DNA of 64,000 nucleotides from Octopus bimaculoides (GCF_001194135.2 NC_068983.1:77139571-77203570); one strand, 5' to 3'. Counted from the stretch's first letter, positions 40,026 to 53,532 are shown. Translations and numbers: made by a program. The notes: generated by a model from the letters alone, not told the origin.

Positions 40026-40736
40026 ATATTACTAAAGGTTTAGATGAGCAAATAATTGACTTAGCTACAATTGCCATTTCTCGTATTCCTTCATTTATTT
40101 AATTATACTGAGGCTGTTTGCAGGGAAATAAACGCAAAACAAATATTAGAAACATAAACATACATTATTGAAGAAACAAAGGAAGGAAATTAATTTTAAT
40201 TCGATATTGCCAAACAGGTAAAAATTAACCAATTACAGCTTTCTGTTCAGTAAATGAATATTTTCTACTTTTGTTTGATTTAATATGCATTTTTCCATCC
40301 TCAAAACCTATATGTAGCTATAGTTAATTTCAATTTAATGCTGCAAAAAAGCAACGGTGCTTAACATAATTAAAAGGAAAATAATTATAATAGTTTGAAG
40401 AGGTAAAGGAATACGATTAAGTGGATTTCCTTTAGTTTTTGCACTTGAGGTTATTTGAAGGAACAAGTCGGAATGCTGATATTAATTACTTTCATAAATT
40501 TCTGTACATAAATATATTTTCAGATGTTATTTAATGTAAAATGCAAAACCTAAGAAGCTGCAAATGTTACGACTTCTTTCTGATTAGACAGGGGTTACTT
40601 CGTATGCTGTTATCCTTAATGAGAGTTTTTTTACATCTTAAATCCACTGTTCTTCGTGCGTCATTATAACACATCTAGGCAGACAATGTAAAAATATATA
40701 TACTTACGGTTAGTTCGTCTTTATCATATCATTCTT

Positions 40737-41114
40737 TATTGTGGAGGCGCAATGGCCCAGTGGTTGGGGCAGCGGACTCGCGGTCATAGAATCACGGTTT
40801 CGATTCCCAGGCCGGGCGTTGTGAGTGTTGATTGAGCGAAAACACCTAAAGCTCCACGATGCTCCGGCAGGGGATGGTGGCGAACCCTGCTGTACTCTTT
40901 CTCTCACTCTCACTTCCTGTTTCTGTTGTGCCTGTAATTCAAAGGGTCAGCCATATCACACTGTGTCACGCTGAGTATCCTTGAGAACTACGTTAAGGGT
41001 GCACGTGTCTGTGGAGTGCTCAGCCACTTGCATGTTAATTCCACGAGCAGGCTGTTCCGTTGATCGGATCAACTGGAACCCTTGACGTCGTAAGCGACGG
41101 AGTGCCAACAACAA
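40737..41114 (+). mobile_element. tRNA-derived SINE family C with (CAA)n tail
   Basis: GGAGGCGCAATGGCCCAGTGG (A box), GGTTTCGATTCCC (B box), tail GCCAACAACAA. CATTCTT direct repeat at 40730-40736 and 41115-41121. Confidence 0.85.
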
Positions 41115-41349
41115 CATTCTTAATTAGACATAAAACAGTGTGAGATTTGAAGATTTATACTTTATTTACATGAACAAAAAATAATCTAGCTGAAACTAAG
41201 TGCATTTTCATAAATATTTCGGCACAGGTTTTCGATAACTTTATGAAATTATTCTACTTCGGCAATTATAGTTCTTTGACAATGGCTCTCTTGATTTTTT
41301 CCGGGACCATAGACGATAAAGTTTCAATATGTTAAATGAATATTTATCT

Positions 41350-42480
41350 CATTGCCCAAACGTAGTCGAAACATTTATGACAACGGTTCCCTGCCAGAGG
41401 TTTCCAGTCCCATCCGAAAATAATACAGAAGTTACTTCAACATTTAGAAATGTGGTATTCTAAATCACTGAATTCCGCTAATATGGTAACTAACTGCGTT
41501 AGCAGCTTATCTGCTCAATGGGATCTGGAAGAAATGAATATCTTTTGATTGTTTTGAAGAGCATAGTATACTGATAATTAGGTGTATATATACCGTTCAC
41601 CGTTTACTAGTCTGAGTTAGGGGCTAGAGCCATGCTGAATGATCACTTTTCAGTGTGTTTGAGTTTCTTTTCTGCATTTTATTTGTGTGTGTATGTGCGC
41701 GTGCGTGTATGAAGGCGGGAAGAAATTAAATATATCTTTCGTGTATGGAGATAAATGGAATTCTGATATTTTGAGCTTTACTTCAGCTTAACCTACCAGC
41801 AGTCTCTTTTGTCTTACATCAATCGTATTTATTATATATTTTTAATCAATGGACGTTAAATAGATATTTGTTATATAGGTCATCACATCGAAAACTCTGC
41901 TTCACTAGTACTTTATTTTGATGATCACGAAATGAGATATTTAGATTTGAGTCCGAAGGGATATAAACGCAGTACGCAAAGAAGAAAAAAAACAGTTTTC
42001 CGAACCACGAACGATTACGTCAATTAAATACCATTATAAGAACAAAAATAATGATTTGGTATATTTTGACAATGATTCTATTTAATATAATCATAATTGC
42101 TTCAAATAATAAAATTACCGTTTCTGACAAACACTCTTTCATTACCTACTTACAATATAATTATTCAGTTATATCGTACTATTAGCCGTTACGATAATAA
42201 AACACCAGTAAGACGATCAATATTGCTGAAACTTTTGTTGTAAACGGAATTCTAACACAATCTTATGTACCAAGTGTAATATTTAAGTTATTACTAATAG
42301 GTAGAAACCACGTTTTGGTGGGCAATGTAACCTAGGGGAATAAAACCATGAATCAATCTTAGACACGAGGTGCGGGATACCATTGCAGCAAAGAGACAGA
42401 TTTATAATGTTGAGTAATAGCAAAAGTTTGAAAAAATTGATGCGGAATGAGCTAATTTCACGTGTACAATTCATATATAT
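41350..42480 (-). pseudogene. Decayed Ig-FN3 fragment
   Basis: LSLCCNGIP..SWFY (42340-42399), SNIDRLTG (42204-42227), donor-like GTAAGT at 42148-42153, weak FN3-like AANAV / LYYFRM at 41420-41510. Confidence 0.45.
41880..41980 (-). mobile_element. SINE family B fragment
   Basis: Reverse complement has degraded CTCAAATCT..AAAATAAAGTACTAG core. Confidence 0.4.
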
Positions 42481-42915
42481 ACATATATAATATAAAATAG
42501 ACCTGTGTGTGTTTTTGTGTATTTGCTTTCATACATCGGATGCATGAATAATTTGATCTCGGATACATAATACGGACTTCAGTTCATCTTTTTTTTTTAT
42601 TAAAAATAGACAACATTGCTTTCAATAGATGATACACTGTTTAAAAAAAAATTTCCATGTCAACTTCCGGTATTGACGTAGCAACGGCGACATTTTTTTT
42701 GTTTTCATTTGCAAGACCTCTCACTCTCTATTAGAATGTTTTCATTTCAAGTGTTTATTTGCTATTTGCAAACAACTACGATAAATTACTGAAAGAAATA
42801 TTTACCAACGTCACAAATTTAAATATTCGGTACAAGAGCTTTTATTTATACGATTTTTTTTTCATTTCATGTTTATTTTGTTCACTGTTTGCAATATTCT
42901 GTTTCCCCATCTTTC

Positions 42916-42918
<3 letters not shown>

Positions 42919-42964
<46 letters not shown>

Positions 42965-42983
42965 CTATCTCTCTCTCTCTCTC
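42919..42983. repeat. (CT)n microsatellite
   Basis: Direct reading. Confidence 0.95.
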
Positions 42984-43759
42984 GCACACACAAGTCAGTC
43001 ACACACGTACACTTGTGTTTTTTAGTGTATGTTTGTAAACACAGAGAGTGTCAGTCAAGGGGTGTATTGACATTATCCGTACATACATAGGTACATATGC
43101 ATACATCTTCTGTTGCATGCATGTGTGCGCGCGTGTGTGTATGAGACAGAGAGAGTGAGAGTGATGTCTAAATGACATTCACTCTCTCTCTCTCTCACAC
43201 ACTCATATATGTAAAAAAAGATGTATGCATATTAATTTATGTATGTGTGTATAAATGAAAACACACTCCTCTCTCTCTCTCTCTCTCCCTCTCTCTCACA
43301 CACGCACATACGTCCATTTCATCTGATGTTTGATACTCTATGTACATGTGTGTTTGTGTGTGTGTTTGAGCATATGTAGTCGTTCCACGATCGCCATTTA
43401 TTTCAATCAATCTTGTGAAAATGTTCACGTAACTCATTGTTTCATTTAATCACCATCTTAATTTTCACAAAAGTATCCAACAACAATGTCCTTACTCTCT
43501 ACAAGCAGAATCGGGGCAGATGTAGATGTTCAATATTCTACAGTGAAGCAAAGGTAACCAGCGTCAATGTTGAATTCTGTATCTTTGTTAACGCTATTTC
43601 GTATGTTTGAAAATATATAAACATAGGTTTAGATGCTGCAGCATACTCTCTTATGCAGAATGACAGTCAGCAGGTGAATGAGAAATACAAAGATGCACAG
43701 TATGACAGAATAAGATACATCAGTACAAATGTGGCTTCCTAGTACATCTTCAATCGTCC

Positions 43760-44610
43760 CATTAATGACAGGCACCCAGCCATCACTCATCAAAGTGTCC
43801 ATCTAGAAAACGGGCACATGGTTATCTTTACAAAACAAATAGCTTTACAACAAGCACTTTCTCTCAAGGAAACTACCCTTACTGCGTTTTTAAAGCTGTG
43901 TCAAATAGATGAAGATGCAAGAAAACTCCTTTGCCCATAATTAGCCAAGTATTACACCCGGAGAAATAATAAATGACACAAGTGGAAACGGGCTGACGCT
44001 CTTGCAATAGTTTAAATTGTCCCCCTACCAAGCCAAGTAGAATACTACTACTTATGGCTCCTTTTGCATGAAGCACGTGGTCCAAAATCATTCCAAGATC
44101 CGAGGAGGGTAAATGGTCATGTGTCTGAAACTTATAGGGAAGCATGTTATCAAGAAGGTTTTTTTTAGAAAATGATGAGCATTGAGACATTGCATTGACT
44201 GACGCATCAGTATCAGATTATCCATGGAAACTCCCTAACATTTTGCAATGACACCGAACATGTGTCAACTTGGCAGTCGCCAACCACTTTCGATGAAGCA
44301 TCATGAGCTCACTGGCGGAGGACTTTAACTATGCAGTTAAACAAGCAAATCCAAATAACTATATTCAGTTCTCTGAAACAATCTTTAACTAAGTACTGAT
44401 TGAAATTGAGGATCAAGTTTTGGTCATAGGAGGCAAACATTTGCAAGGGTCTGGCGCTCGACTGCCCAAAACAAACCATTAAATTAGTGGTTTAACTTCA
44501 AGAGACATAGCAACAATGACAAATTATGACCTCACAAACTTGGCTGAATTTGTGAATGAATATGAACCTAAATTTCTTCCGGAACAACGATGTGCAAATG
44601 AACAAATTTT
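43760..44610 (+). mobile_element. Helitron Rep/helicase coding remnant
   Basis: VHLENGHMVIF, ETTLTAFLKLCQIDEDARKLL, EYYYLWLLLHEARGPKSFQDPRRVNGHVSETYREACYQEGFLENDEH*DIAL are typical Helitron RepHel motifs. Stops present. Confidence 0.85.
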
Positions 44611-45160
44611 TAGCATTCTATTATTATTATTAAAATTATTGCTGTTGTTGTTGTTGTTGTTGTTGCTGTCGTTGTTTTTGTTGTTGTATTAGGAAATTAA
44701 GACTTAATTTCCGAATTGAAGACTAAAATGAATTTAGAATAACAAATTTATCTACAACATATTTTGCATTTTTCTTCCAATTTATAAGGAACAATTTCAT
44801 TCCTGGTCATGGCTGAGTGCCTCTGGTAGNNNNNNNNNNNNNNNNNNNNNNNNNNNNNNNNNNNNNNNNNNNNNNNNNNNNNNNNNNNNNNNNNNNNNNN
44901 NNNNNNNNNNNNNNNNNNNNNNNNNNNNNNNNNNNNNNNNNNNNNNNNNNNNNNNNNNNNNNNNNNNNNNNNNNNNNNNNNNNNNNNNNNNNNNNNNNNN
45001 NNNNNNNNNNNNNNNNNNNNNNNNNNNNNNNNNNNNNNNNNNNNNNNNNNNNNNNNNNNNNNNNNNNNNNNNNNNNNNNNNNNNNNNNNNNNNNNNNNNN
45101 NNNNNNNNNNNNNNNNNNNNNNNNNNNNNNNNNNNNNNNNNNNNNNNNNNNNNNNNNNNN

Positions 45161-45203
<43 letters not shown>

Positions 45204-45250
45204 AGAGAGAGTGAGATAGAGAGAAAGAGATGAGGAGGAGAGCCCGTCGA

Positions 45251-45283
<33 letters not shown>

Positions 45284-46959
45284 TGTACATATATGTATAT
45301 ACATATATATACCGGCGTAAAGACATAAATGTGAAACAAGCTGGAAAAAGGAATACTCAAATACCAGAGGCAGAGTAATGTTTTTATGTGGATGTCTCTA
45401 TTGTAGGCATGCACATGTATTTGTATGTGTGCGTCTGTCTATATGTATAAGTAAGCGTGTATGGTTATATGTGTACACATATGTACAAGGATGTATATGT
45501 ATGTATGTATGTATGTATACACTTATATTTGTGTGGATACGTATTTACGTGCATATTTCCATATATTTATATACGTGATCTTATATGTGTATTTATATGC
45601 TAATATATACTTATTTATATATATATATATATACGTAACTTTATTTTATGCGTACGTCTGTTACACATATTCCGTCGCCTATCTCTCTTCCTTTTTTCCT
45701 TACGTAAAGTATCTTTCTCTCCCTATTCGTTACTGTGATAGCGTCCTTAAACAATGCTTTCCTCTTCTCCCTCCACCTTCTCTCTTTCTTTCGGTAGCTG
45801 TTACTTCTTTATATTTTCTTTCCCCAAACTAAGTTTAAGATATACTTACTATCTCTCTTGTCTGTTATAACTAACTTGTGTATATATATATAAATACACC
45901 ATGAGATTTTTGTGCGCGTGTATGATTATGTGCATCTATATATATATATATNNNNNNNNNNNNNNNNNNNNNNNNNNNNNNNNNNNNNNNNNNNNNNNNN
46001 NNNNNNNNNNNNNNNNNNNNNNNNNNNNNNNNNNNNNNNNNNNNNNNNNNNNNNNNNNNNNNNNNNNNNNNNNNNNNNNNNNNNNNNNNNNNNNNNNNNN
46101 NNNNNNNNNNNNNNNNNNNNNNNNNNNNNNNNNNNNNNNNNNNNNNNNNNNNNNNNNNNNNNNNNNNNNNNNNNNNNNNNNNNNNNNNNNNNNNNNNNNN
46201 NNNNNNNNNNNNNNNNNNNNNNNNNNNNNNNNNNNNNNNNNNNNNNNNNNNNNNNNNNNNNNNNNNNNNNNNNNNNNNNNNNNNNNNNNNNNNNNNNNNN
46301 NNNNNNNNNNNNNNNNNNNNNNNNNNNNNNNNNNNNNNNNNNNNNNNNNNNNNNNNNNNNNNNNNNNNNNNNNNNNNNNNNNNNNNNNNNNNNNNNNNNN
46401 NNNNNNNNNNNNNNNNNNNNNNNNNNNNNNNNNNNNNNNNNNNNNNNNNNNNNNNNNNNNNNNNNNNNNNNNNNNNNNNNNNNNNNNNNNNNNNNNNNNN
46501 NNNNNNNNNNNNNNNNNNNNNNNNNNNNNNNNNNNNNNNNNNNNNNNNNNNNNNNNNNNNNNNNNNNNNNNNNNNNNNNNNNNNNNNNNNNNNNNNNNNN
46601 NNNNNNNNNNNNNNNNNNNNNNNNNNNNNNNNNNNNNNNNNNNNNNNNNNNNNNNNNNNNNNNNNNNNNNNNNNNNNNNNNNNNNNNNNNNNNNNNNNNN
46701 NNNNNNNNNNNNNNNNNNNNNNNNNNNNNNNNNNNNNNNNNNNNNNNNNNNNNNNNNNNNNNNNNNNNNNNNNNNNNNNNNNNNNNNNNNNNNNNNNNNN
46801 NNNNNNNNNNNNNNNNNNNNNNNNNNNNNNNNNNNNNNNNNNNNNNNNNNNNNNNNNNNNNNNNNNNNNNNNNNNNNNNNNNNNNNNNNNNNNNNNNNNN
46901 NNNNNNNNNNNNNATATATATATATATATATATATACATACATATATGTGTACGCATAT

Positions 46960-47150
46960 ATATATTTGCGTGTGTCTGTGTTTATCCACCACCATCGCTT
47001 GGCACCCACATAATTTGCGATAATGGTGACCAGTAGAATAATTACTAGACTTGAAAAATACGTAATTAGTGGGCTTGTTTCGTTTGACTAAAATTCTTCA
47101 TGCTTTTGTCTCAGCATGGCCACAGACTTATGACTGAAAGAAGTAGAAGT
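46960..47150 (+). mobile_element. 3' half of SINE family A (5' half probably in the gap)
   Basis: TGTGTCTGTGTTTATCCACCACCATCGCTTG matches 2232-2260. Ends CAGCATGGCCACAG..TGACTGAAAG. Confidence 0.55.
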
Positions 47151-48978
47151 CCAAAATATGAAAATGAACACTTATTTCGAAAATTCCAATCGCGCAGGAT
47201 TTGACTAACGGATAGATAAGACGACTAACGGATAAAAAGTTTATACGGCAAATAGGAGAACAAGATTTTCGCTGTAGTTATAGTGAGGACACTAAATTAT
47301 CATTTAATAAAATAATTAGAATCTTGAATACTTTACTCTGACGTGGCACATTAACAAAATATGAGGAAATATAGCAGAATGATAATACCTAAACAAATAT
47401 TAATCAAACAGCATGCTGGAAAATTGTTAGAATAATACAGTAGATGATATTGATAGTAACAATAATGATCACGAATAGGAGGACAGCGAGGAAAATGGAT
47501 TGCCGATTGGGATGCACAAGCTTATGATATCCACGATAATCATAATATTTATTTTGATTCAGTATGGTCGTGATGAATACAGTCATCATCATCATTACTA
47601 TTATTGTCACTATGTTGAAAATTACCATAATCATGATGCTCATGCTGTTGACTATAACAAACTAGATGATACCATTATAATAATAGAGTTTATTCAAGAC
47701 CAACATTTGCAAATTGACACTACTGATGCAGTAGTATATTTCTGCCCTTAGCATAGCATATAAATCTGTTTGCATTGTAATATTAGCTAACTAGTAAACA
47801 GCTTTCATTTCCTTCTTCATAGCTGATCAGAGAGCACTACTGAGGGTATCCGTCTTTCAAAACAATTTCTAACATAATATTAAAATATTCATATTTGCAT
47901 AAAAACCACAACAACAATATTTGCGAAGTCAAATATTAACATAATGCAGTTAAAGCGATCCCTATTCTATTACAAGCAAGGGAAAAAATAAGAATAAAAT
48001 TAATAAAGTTCTTCATTGAGTATTGCTTCTAAAGATCAAATCTTAAACGTGTTACTTTATTTACATTGTGTGTTTATTTTCTAGAAGCCAGTTTTAATAT
48101 GCTCCTAATTATTCAAATGCAGTTTAACAAGAGTTTTTTCAAAAAAAATTATGGCATAACAGTGTTGAAAAGATAAACGCGAAATGAAATGAATAAAAGA
48201 ATTTCAAATGTTATAAAGAAAAAATCAAAGAAGCTAAAAATATTTGTAAAACGTACAAAATGTGAACAAATTTAGACCCAAAATTAACTGGATGAATTTA
48301 ATAGCTCTGGAATTTCACTTAAAATGAATCCGAAGAAAATTCTGAATCCATTTATAATCCTTTCAAGCTTAAAATAATTACTACTTAGGATAAAATCTAA
48401 ACACAATCAGTGATATTTCATACACTTAAATTGATTATGCACGAAAATTTATTTTTCAACTAATTTTCATAAAGCTGTTCAGTTTCATCTGGACGAGATA
48501 TACGAGAAAGAAATGAAGGAGTAAACCATATTATTTACAATAAATAAAAGCATAAATCAGTTCATTAATTTTACAAAGATTTACATTTTTCTGCGCAAAT
48601 AAACGAAATGACAAAATACTTAACATGAAAAATGCATTTATTGATTTAAAGAAAAAATTATTAAAACAATGAAGGTTAAAGATGCACGAATTAATACCGT
48701 AGCAGAAAATGCTGCTTTCTAAATTAAATCCTCATTTTTTACATTACGCATAACAAAAACACATTACATCACAATGTTAATATTGACAGAACAGAAAATT
48801 CTGAAGTAACTTTCCTTCAGTTTAAACCTCCTCTCTAACACTTTCACTATGTATCTCATATATATATNNNNNNNNNNNNNNNNNNNNNNNNNNNNNNNNN
48901 NNNNNNNNNNNNNNNNNNNNNNNNNNNNNNNNNNNNNNNNNNNNNNNNNNNNNNNNNNNNNNNNNNNNNNNNNNNNNN

Positions 48979-49062
<84 letters not shown>

Positions 49063-49689
49063 GCATGTATGTATGTATGTATATGCGTGTGTGTGTGTAG
49101 ACAGAGAGATAGATGAAGTTTATGCGATGTTACACCTAATTACATAAAATTTGTGCTCACCTTTACTAATTCTCTAACCTCCGATTTGAAATGCAATTCA
49201 AATAGCAAAACGGGTTAGAGCTGCCTAATGAAAATTGGATATATGCAGTGATTCAGTCGAGGAGGTACGTCTATAAAATAATAGAAGTATAAACAGACAA
49301 TCAACTAGGATCATGTCAGATTATGACATTTTTATATTTAAACATTGCTACAGCATGAGAGGAGAATTTAATGTTCTGTTGGTAAGAGATCGATAGAAGA
49401 ACGGTTGATGTATGCTTGTAATGATTATTGTATAATTTTGTATTCTCTCAGTACAGTTATATCATAAATTCGAATTATTAGTATTAGGTAAAGTTGGTTA
49501 GCGTGGGTAGAATCTAAATATGTATTATAAGAATGGATGAAGAAAGGAAGAATGTGTACAGATAATCTCTTACAGCTGCTTTAAGAATACATGCACTGGT
49601 GCTACAATTCCTTGCAAATTATCGGCTGTCAACATTGCAGCTTCGACTAGATGCACAGGTAGTTTATTTCCATGCAAACAATCGACTAA

Positions 49690-50600
49690 TAATAATAATA
49701 TGAGAAGCTCTGTATGGAAAAGCATGAAGTTCTGGGGAACGGGATTGACACCAGACAATCAAGTATTAGGAGAGATGAAAACCAATAGAAGTATCTTCCA
49801 GGGAAAAAGTGTGTCCCCATTTATCTTCGTGCTGCAATTAATCTCCTTGAGTGAAATGTAACAGAAACCAATTTTCGGTTGTGATCTGGGAAGGGATAAC
49901 GGATAACTGAAACATTTGCTATTCATGGATGACATAAAGCCGTTCACACAACCGGAGGACAGCCTAGTCCGGTCTGTGAGTATTTTCTCCAATGATATTA
50001 AGATGGAGTTTGGACTTTAAAATGTGGTATGACAGTGATGAAACGAGGAAAGCTTTTCAGGACAGAAGGTATATTTTGCCAATTGGGGAAGGCGCAATTC
50101 AACTTCCGTTGAGCGAGAAATACTTGGGAATACTTCAGGCTGATGGAATCAAACACAGCATGAAGTAAAAGACAAAACGAGAATACCTGCAGCAAAAGAG
50201 AAAAATATTGGCTACAAAACTGAATGCTAGAAACATAATTTCGGCAATAAACTCGCGGGTTGTCGGAGTAGTTCTGCATGGCCCCGGAATCGTAAAATGT
50301 AAGAGGAGTACCTGAAGGAGATAGACAGTTTATCAAGAAAGCTCCTAACGATTTATCGAACACATCATCCACGTGAAAATACTAATCACTTACACATGAA
50401 GATAGCAAGTGGAGGAAGAGGACTGATAAGTGTGGAAGTCTCCGTGCATATCGAACTCGATAGATTAATGAGATTCCTAGCCCCAAATAAGGAAACTTTT
50501 CTAGCGTAAGTTAGGAGCGTGTGAGTATTCAAACAGATAAAAAAGATAAAACAAAGGAAGAATACAAAATGAACGTGAAGAATTACACAAGAAGGGACTA
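49690..50600 (+). mobile_element. R4/Dong-like LINE RT fragment (copy 1)
   Basis: SMKFWGTGL..LGEMKTNRSIFQG..SP..LKHLLFMDDIK..SIFSNDIKMEFGL, KYLG, KIASGGRGLISV. Confidence 0.85.
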
Positions 50601-51052
50601 CACAATATTATTATCCAATTATGTTGTGTGCAATATCAGGGTCTTCTGTTATTTTTAACTGCGCGTTCGGCCGCCTATATGTTTCTTCTGATCTGCATTC
50701 GCTTTCAGAGTTTTAAATGGCATTTACTTCTAAAGTTACTCCCACGCTCACTTTTAAAATTATATCACCACCAGATAACGCATTCCAAACAATCGCCTAC
50801 GTATTTAAACTCCCAGATTTATATAATAGTTTTGTTTCTGACATTGACGGAGCCACAACTCTCTGAATGACTTATATATAACGGATTATTTTAGTGCAAT
50901 AATAAAATTATATTTTCGAGCAGAGTTAATTAATACGCTCTACGCCGTTTGTGTTTCGTACAGATATTTTTGAAGTTGGAGCAATTGCAGAAGCCTGACA
51001 AAACAGGAAAGTCTTCAAAAGCAGATCTAGTTACTTACAAAAAGACGGATAA

Positions 51053-52233
51053 GTCATGCAGCTTCATGTCATAAGGAAAGCAAAGGCAGGATATTAGTTC
51101 AGAAATAGTCATGGAAAAATGAACCATTGGCTCTACATGGATGACCTGAAGCTTTGTAGTAAGAGTGAAAAAGAGATAGATTCCTCAATACAGACTCTAA
51201 GACACTTCATCAAAGATATAGGCATAGGATTTGGCACAGAAAAGTGCGCAATATTAGTCGGGAGAAGGGGACAGGGAGTTAACAGCGAAGGAATCCATCC
51301 AGTTACCAGATGGCCAGACATTAAGATGACTGAAAGGAGGAGAGGGTTTATAAGTATCTAGGAGTATTATAATCTGACCAGGTACTAACTACAGAAATGA
51401 AAACGGAAATTGAGAAAGATTATATCAGAAGGTTGCGGAAGCCAATGACGTCAAAGCTAAGTGGCCCGAATCTAGTGAAAGCTGTATATACTTAGGTAGT
51501 ATCATTACTTACGTACTGAAAGAGCTTTTGCAGATTAGATAAAAACTGAATTAGCGTAGCGAGGCAGAAGTACAAGGAAGAAATTCAATACGAATGGTGG
51601 ACTCCACCCAAGGGCAAAAGTAGCAATATTATACCTATCTAGAAAGGAAAGCGGAAGAATGTTAATATCAGTAGAAGACTGCGTGCTGTTAGCTAGAGTA
51701 AAGATAGACTCCTAAGTAAGTAATAGGTAAGAAAGTTTATTAAAAGCTGATAGACTCACAGCAAGACATAGGGAAACCAATACACCAAACGAGCTTAAAA
51801 ACCAATAAAGAGAGCATAAATTATCTGACTTGCAGGAGAAGGCTTTGCATGGCTGACTCCCAAAGACAGTTTCAGTAAATAGTAGTAGTGAGACACAGTG
51901 ACATCTGCGGAAAGGAAAGCTGAAGAGGGAGACAGGAAGTTTGTTAGTAGCTGAAAAAGATGAAGCATTAAAGACTAAATAGATGAAATCCAATATAGAC
52001 AATAGCCAAATAGATTCCCAATGTAGATTATGCGAATCAAAAGTGGAAACAGTTACTGACATAGTAAGTGAATATAACATCCACTGGTAGATATGTAGAA
52101 AGCTTGGATTTGAACATAGTGATAGACGGTATGGAAATGAACCTAGTAAATTTATAGAAAGTAATAAATACATCTTGTGTGACTTTAACAATGAAACTGA
52201 TAGAGTAATATAAGCTAGAACGCCTGATTTAGC

Positions 52234-52298
<65 letters not shown>

Positions 52299-52405
52299 AT
52301 AAACAGAATAGAAAGTGCTAGGTAATTGACTTTACAGTTCCAAATGATGAAAAAATTAAAGTCAAGTATAGAAAAAATGGCAAAGTATCGGAACCTAGGT
52401 TTTGA
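51053..52405 (+). mobile_element. R4/Dong-like LINE fragment (copy 2): RT end, CCHC knuckle, REL endonuclease
   Basis: NHWLYMDDLKL..DIGIGFGTEKC, CRLCESKVETVTDIVS, RTPDLAV(V)nDKQNRKC*VIDFTVPND. Confidence 0.85.
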
Positions 52406-52419
52406 GTTGGTTCTAGGTA

Positions 52420-52540
52420 CTTCCACTACGGTGAAATTCACTACGCTAAATTCTACTACGGTAAATTCCACTATAGGTAAAATTCACTACGGTAAATTCA
52501 CCTAAGGTAAATTTCACAACGGTACATTTCATTATAGGTA
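52420..52540. repeat. ~16-bp minisatellite (TTCCACTACGGTAAAT)n, about 7 degenerate units
   Basis: Direct reading. Confidence 0.85.
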
Positions 52541-52619
52541 ATACGAATACATTTTAGATCTATTTTATTCACATATTAACAACAAAATGATGACGTGGTC
52601 TTAAAAACAAAGTTATGAA

Positions 52620-52890
52620 AGACTGTGTGGTAAGTAGCTTGCTTACAAACCACATGGGTTCAGTCCCAGTGCGTGGCAGCTTAGGCAAGTGTTTTCTTCT
52701 ATAGCCTCGGACCGACCAAAGCCTTTCCGGTAGAATTGGTAGACAGATACCGAAAAAAATCCCATCGTATATATATGTGTGTATGTGTGTGTGTGGGGGG
52801 GGGGTGAGCTTTGATGTTTTTACGTCCCCGTAACTTAGCGGTTCGGTAAAAAATAGCGATTGATTAAGTAATAGGCTTACAAAGAATAAT
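52620..52890 (+). mobile_element. SINE family A copy
   Basis: CTGTGTGGTAAGTAGCTTGCTTAC..GGGTTCAGTCCC..TTAGGCAAGTGTTTTCTTCTATAGCC, homologous to 2034-2424. Confidence 0.85.
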
Positions 52891-52893
52891 TTA

Positions 52894-53046
52894 GTTCTAT
52901 ATTTAAGAGATGAGGAACTATGCATATTATTTACATTATTTACATTTAACGTTTCGGCTGATTTACCATCCAGCCTTCATCAGGTGTCTGGGGGATTTTC
53001 GAACCTAGGTTCGCCTTCCTAAGGTTTTTTCCGATGTTGTTGTTGC

Positions 53047-53080
<34 letters not shown>

Positions 53081-53092
53081 ATTATTATTTTA

Positions 53093-53144
<52 letters not shown>

Positions 53145-53170
53145 TTATTATTGTTATTATTATTATTATT
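52894..53170 (-). mobile_element. Second copy of the hammerhead-bearing element (no tRNA head, helix I 3' strand deleted)
   Basis: Reverse complement: (AAT)n(AAC)n-ATCGG..CCTTAGG..GGTTCGAAAAT..GACACCTGATGAAGGCTGGATGGTAAATCAGCCGAAACGTT..TTCCTCATCTCTTAAATATAGAAC. Confidence 0.8.
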
Positions 53171-53454
53171 GCACTAAAAAGCAGATTTAGTTAGTTACAA
53201 AAAGATGGATAAAGCCATATAGGTAGCTAAGGATGAAAAAAAACTATAGTTTAACAGATAACCGATTGAAGAACACAAGCAGCTTAAGTACTTCTTGTTA
53301 TCAATAGCAGTTGATTAGTCTTCATCGAGCACTGATATAATCAAATTGGTTCCAGTCGTAACCGTCCCGTGTTTCTGTATAGCAGAAACGATGTAACCGT
53401 ATGTGTATTTCATTATTTAATACAGTTGATAGATTCAGTTGCAATACCTCATAC

Positions 53455-53459
<5 letters not shown>

Positions 53460-53527
<68 letters not shown>
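53460..53527. repeat. (CA)n microsatellite
   Basis: Direct reading. Confidence 0.95.

Positions 53528-53532
<5 letters not shown>

Noticed and set aside
52420-52540. CRISPR-like array
   Set aside because: Contiguous minisatellite without unique spacers, in eukaryotic context.
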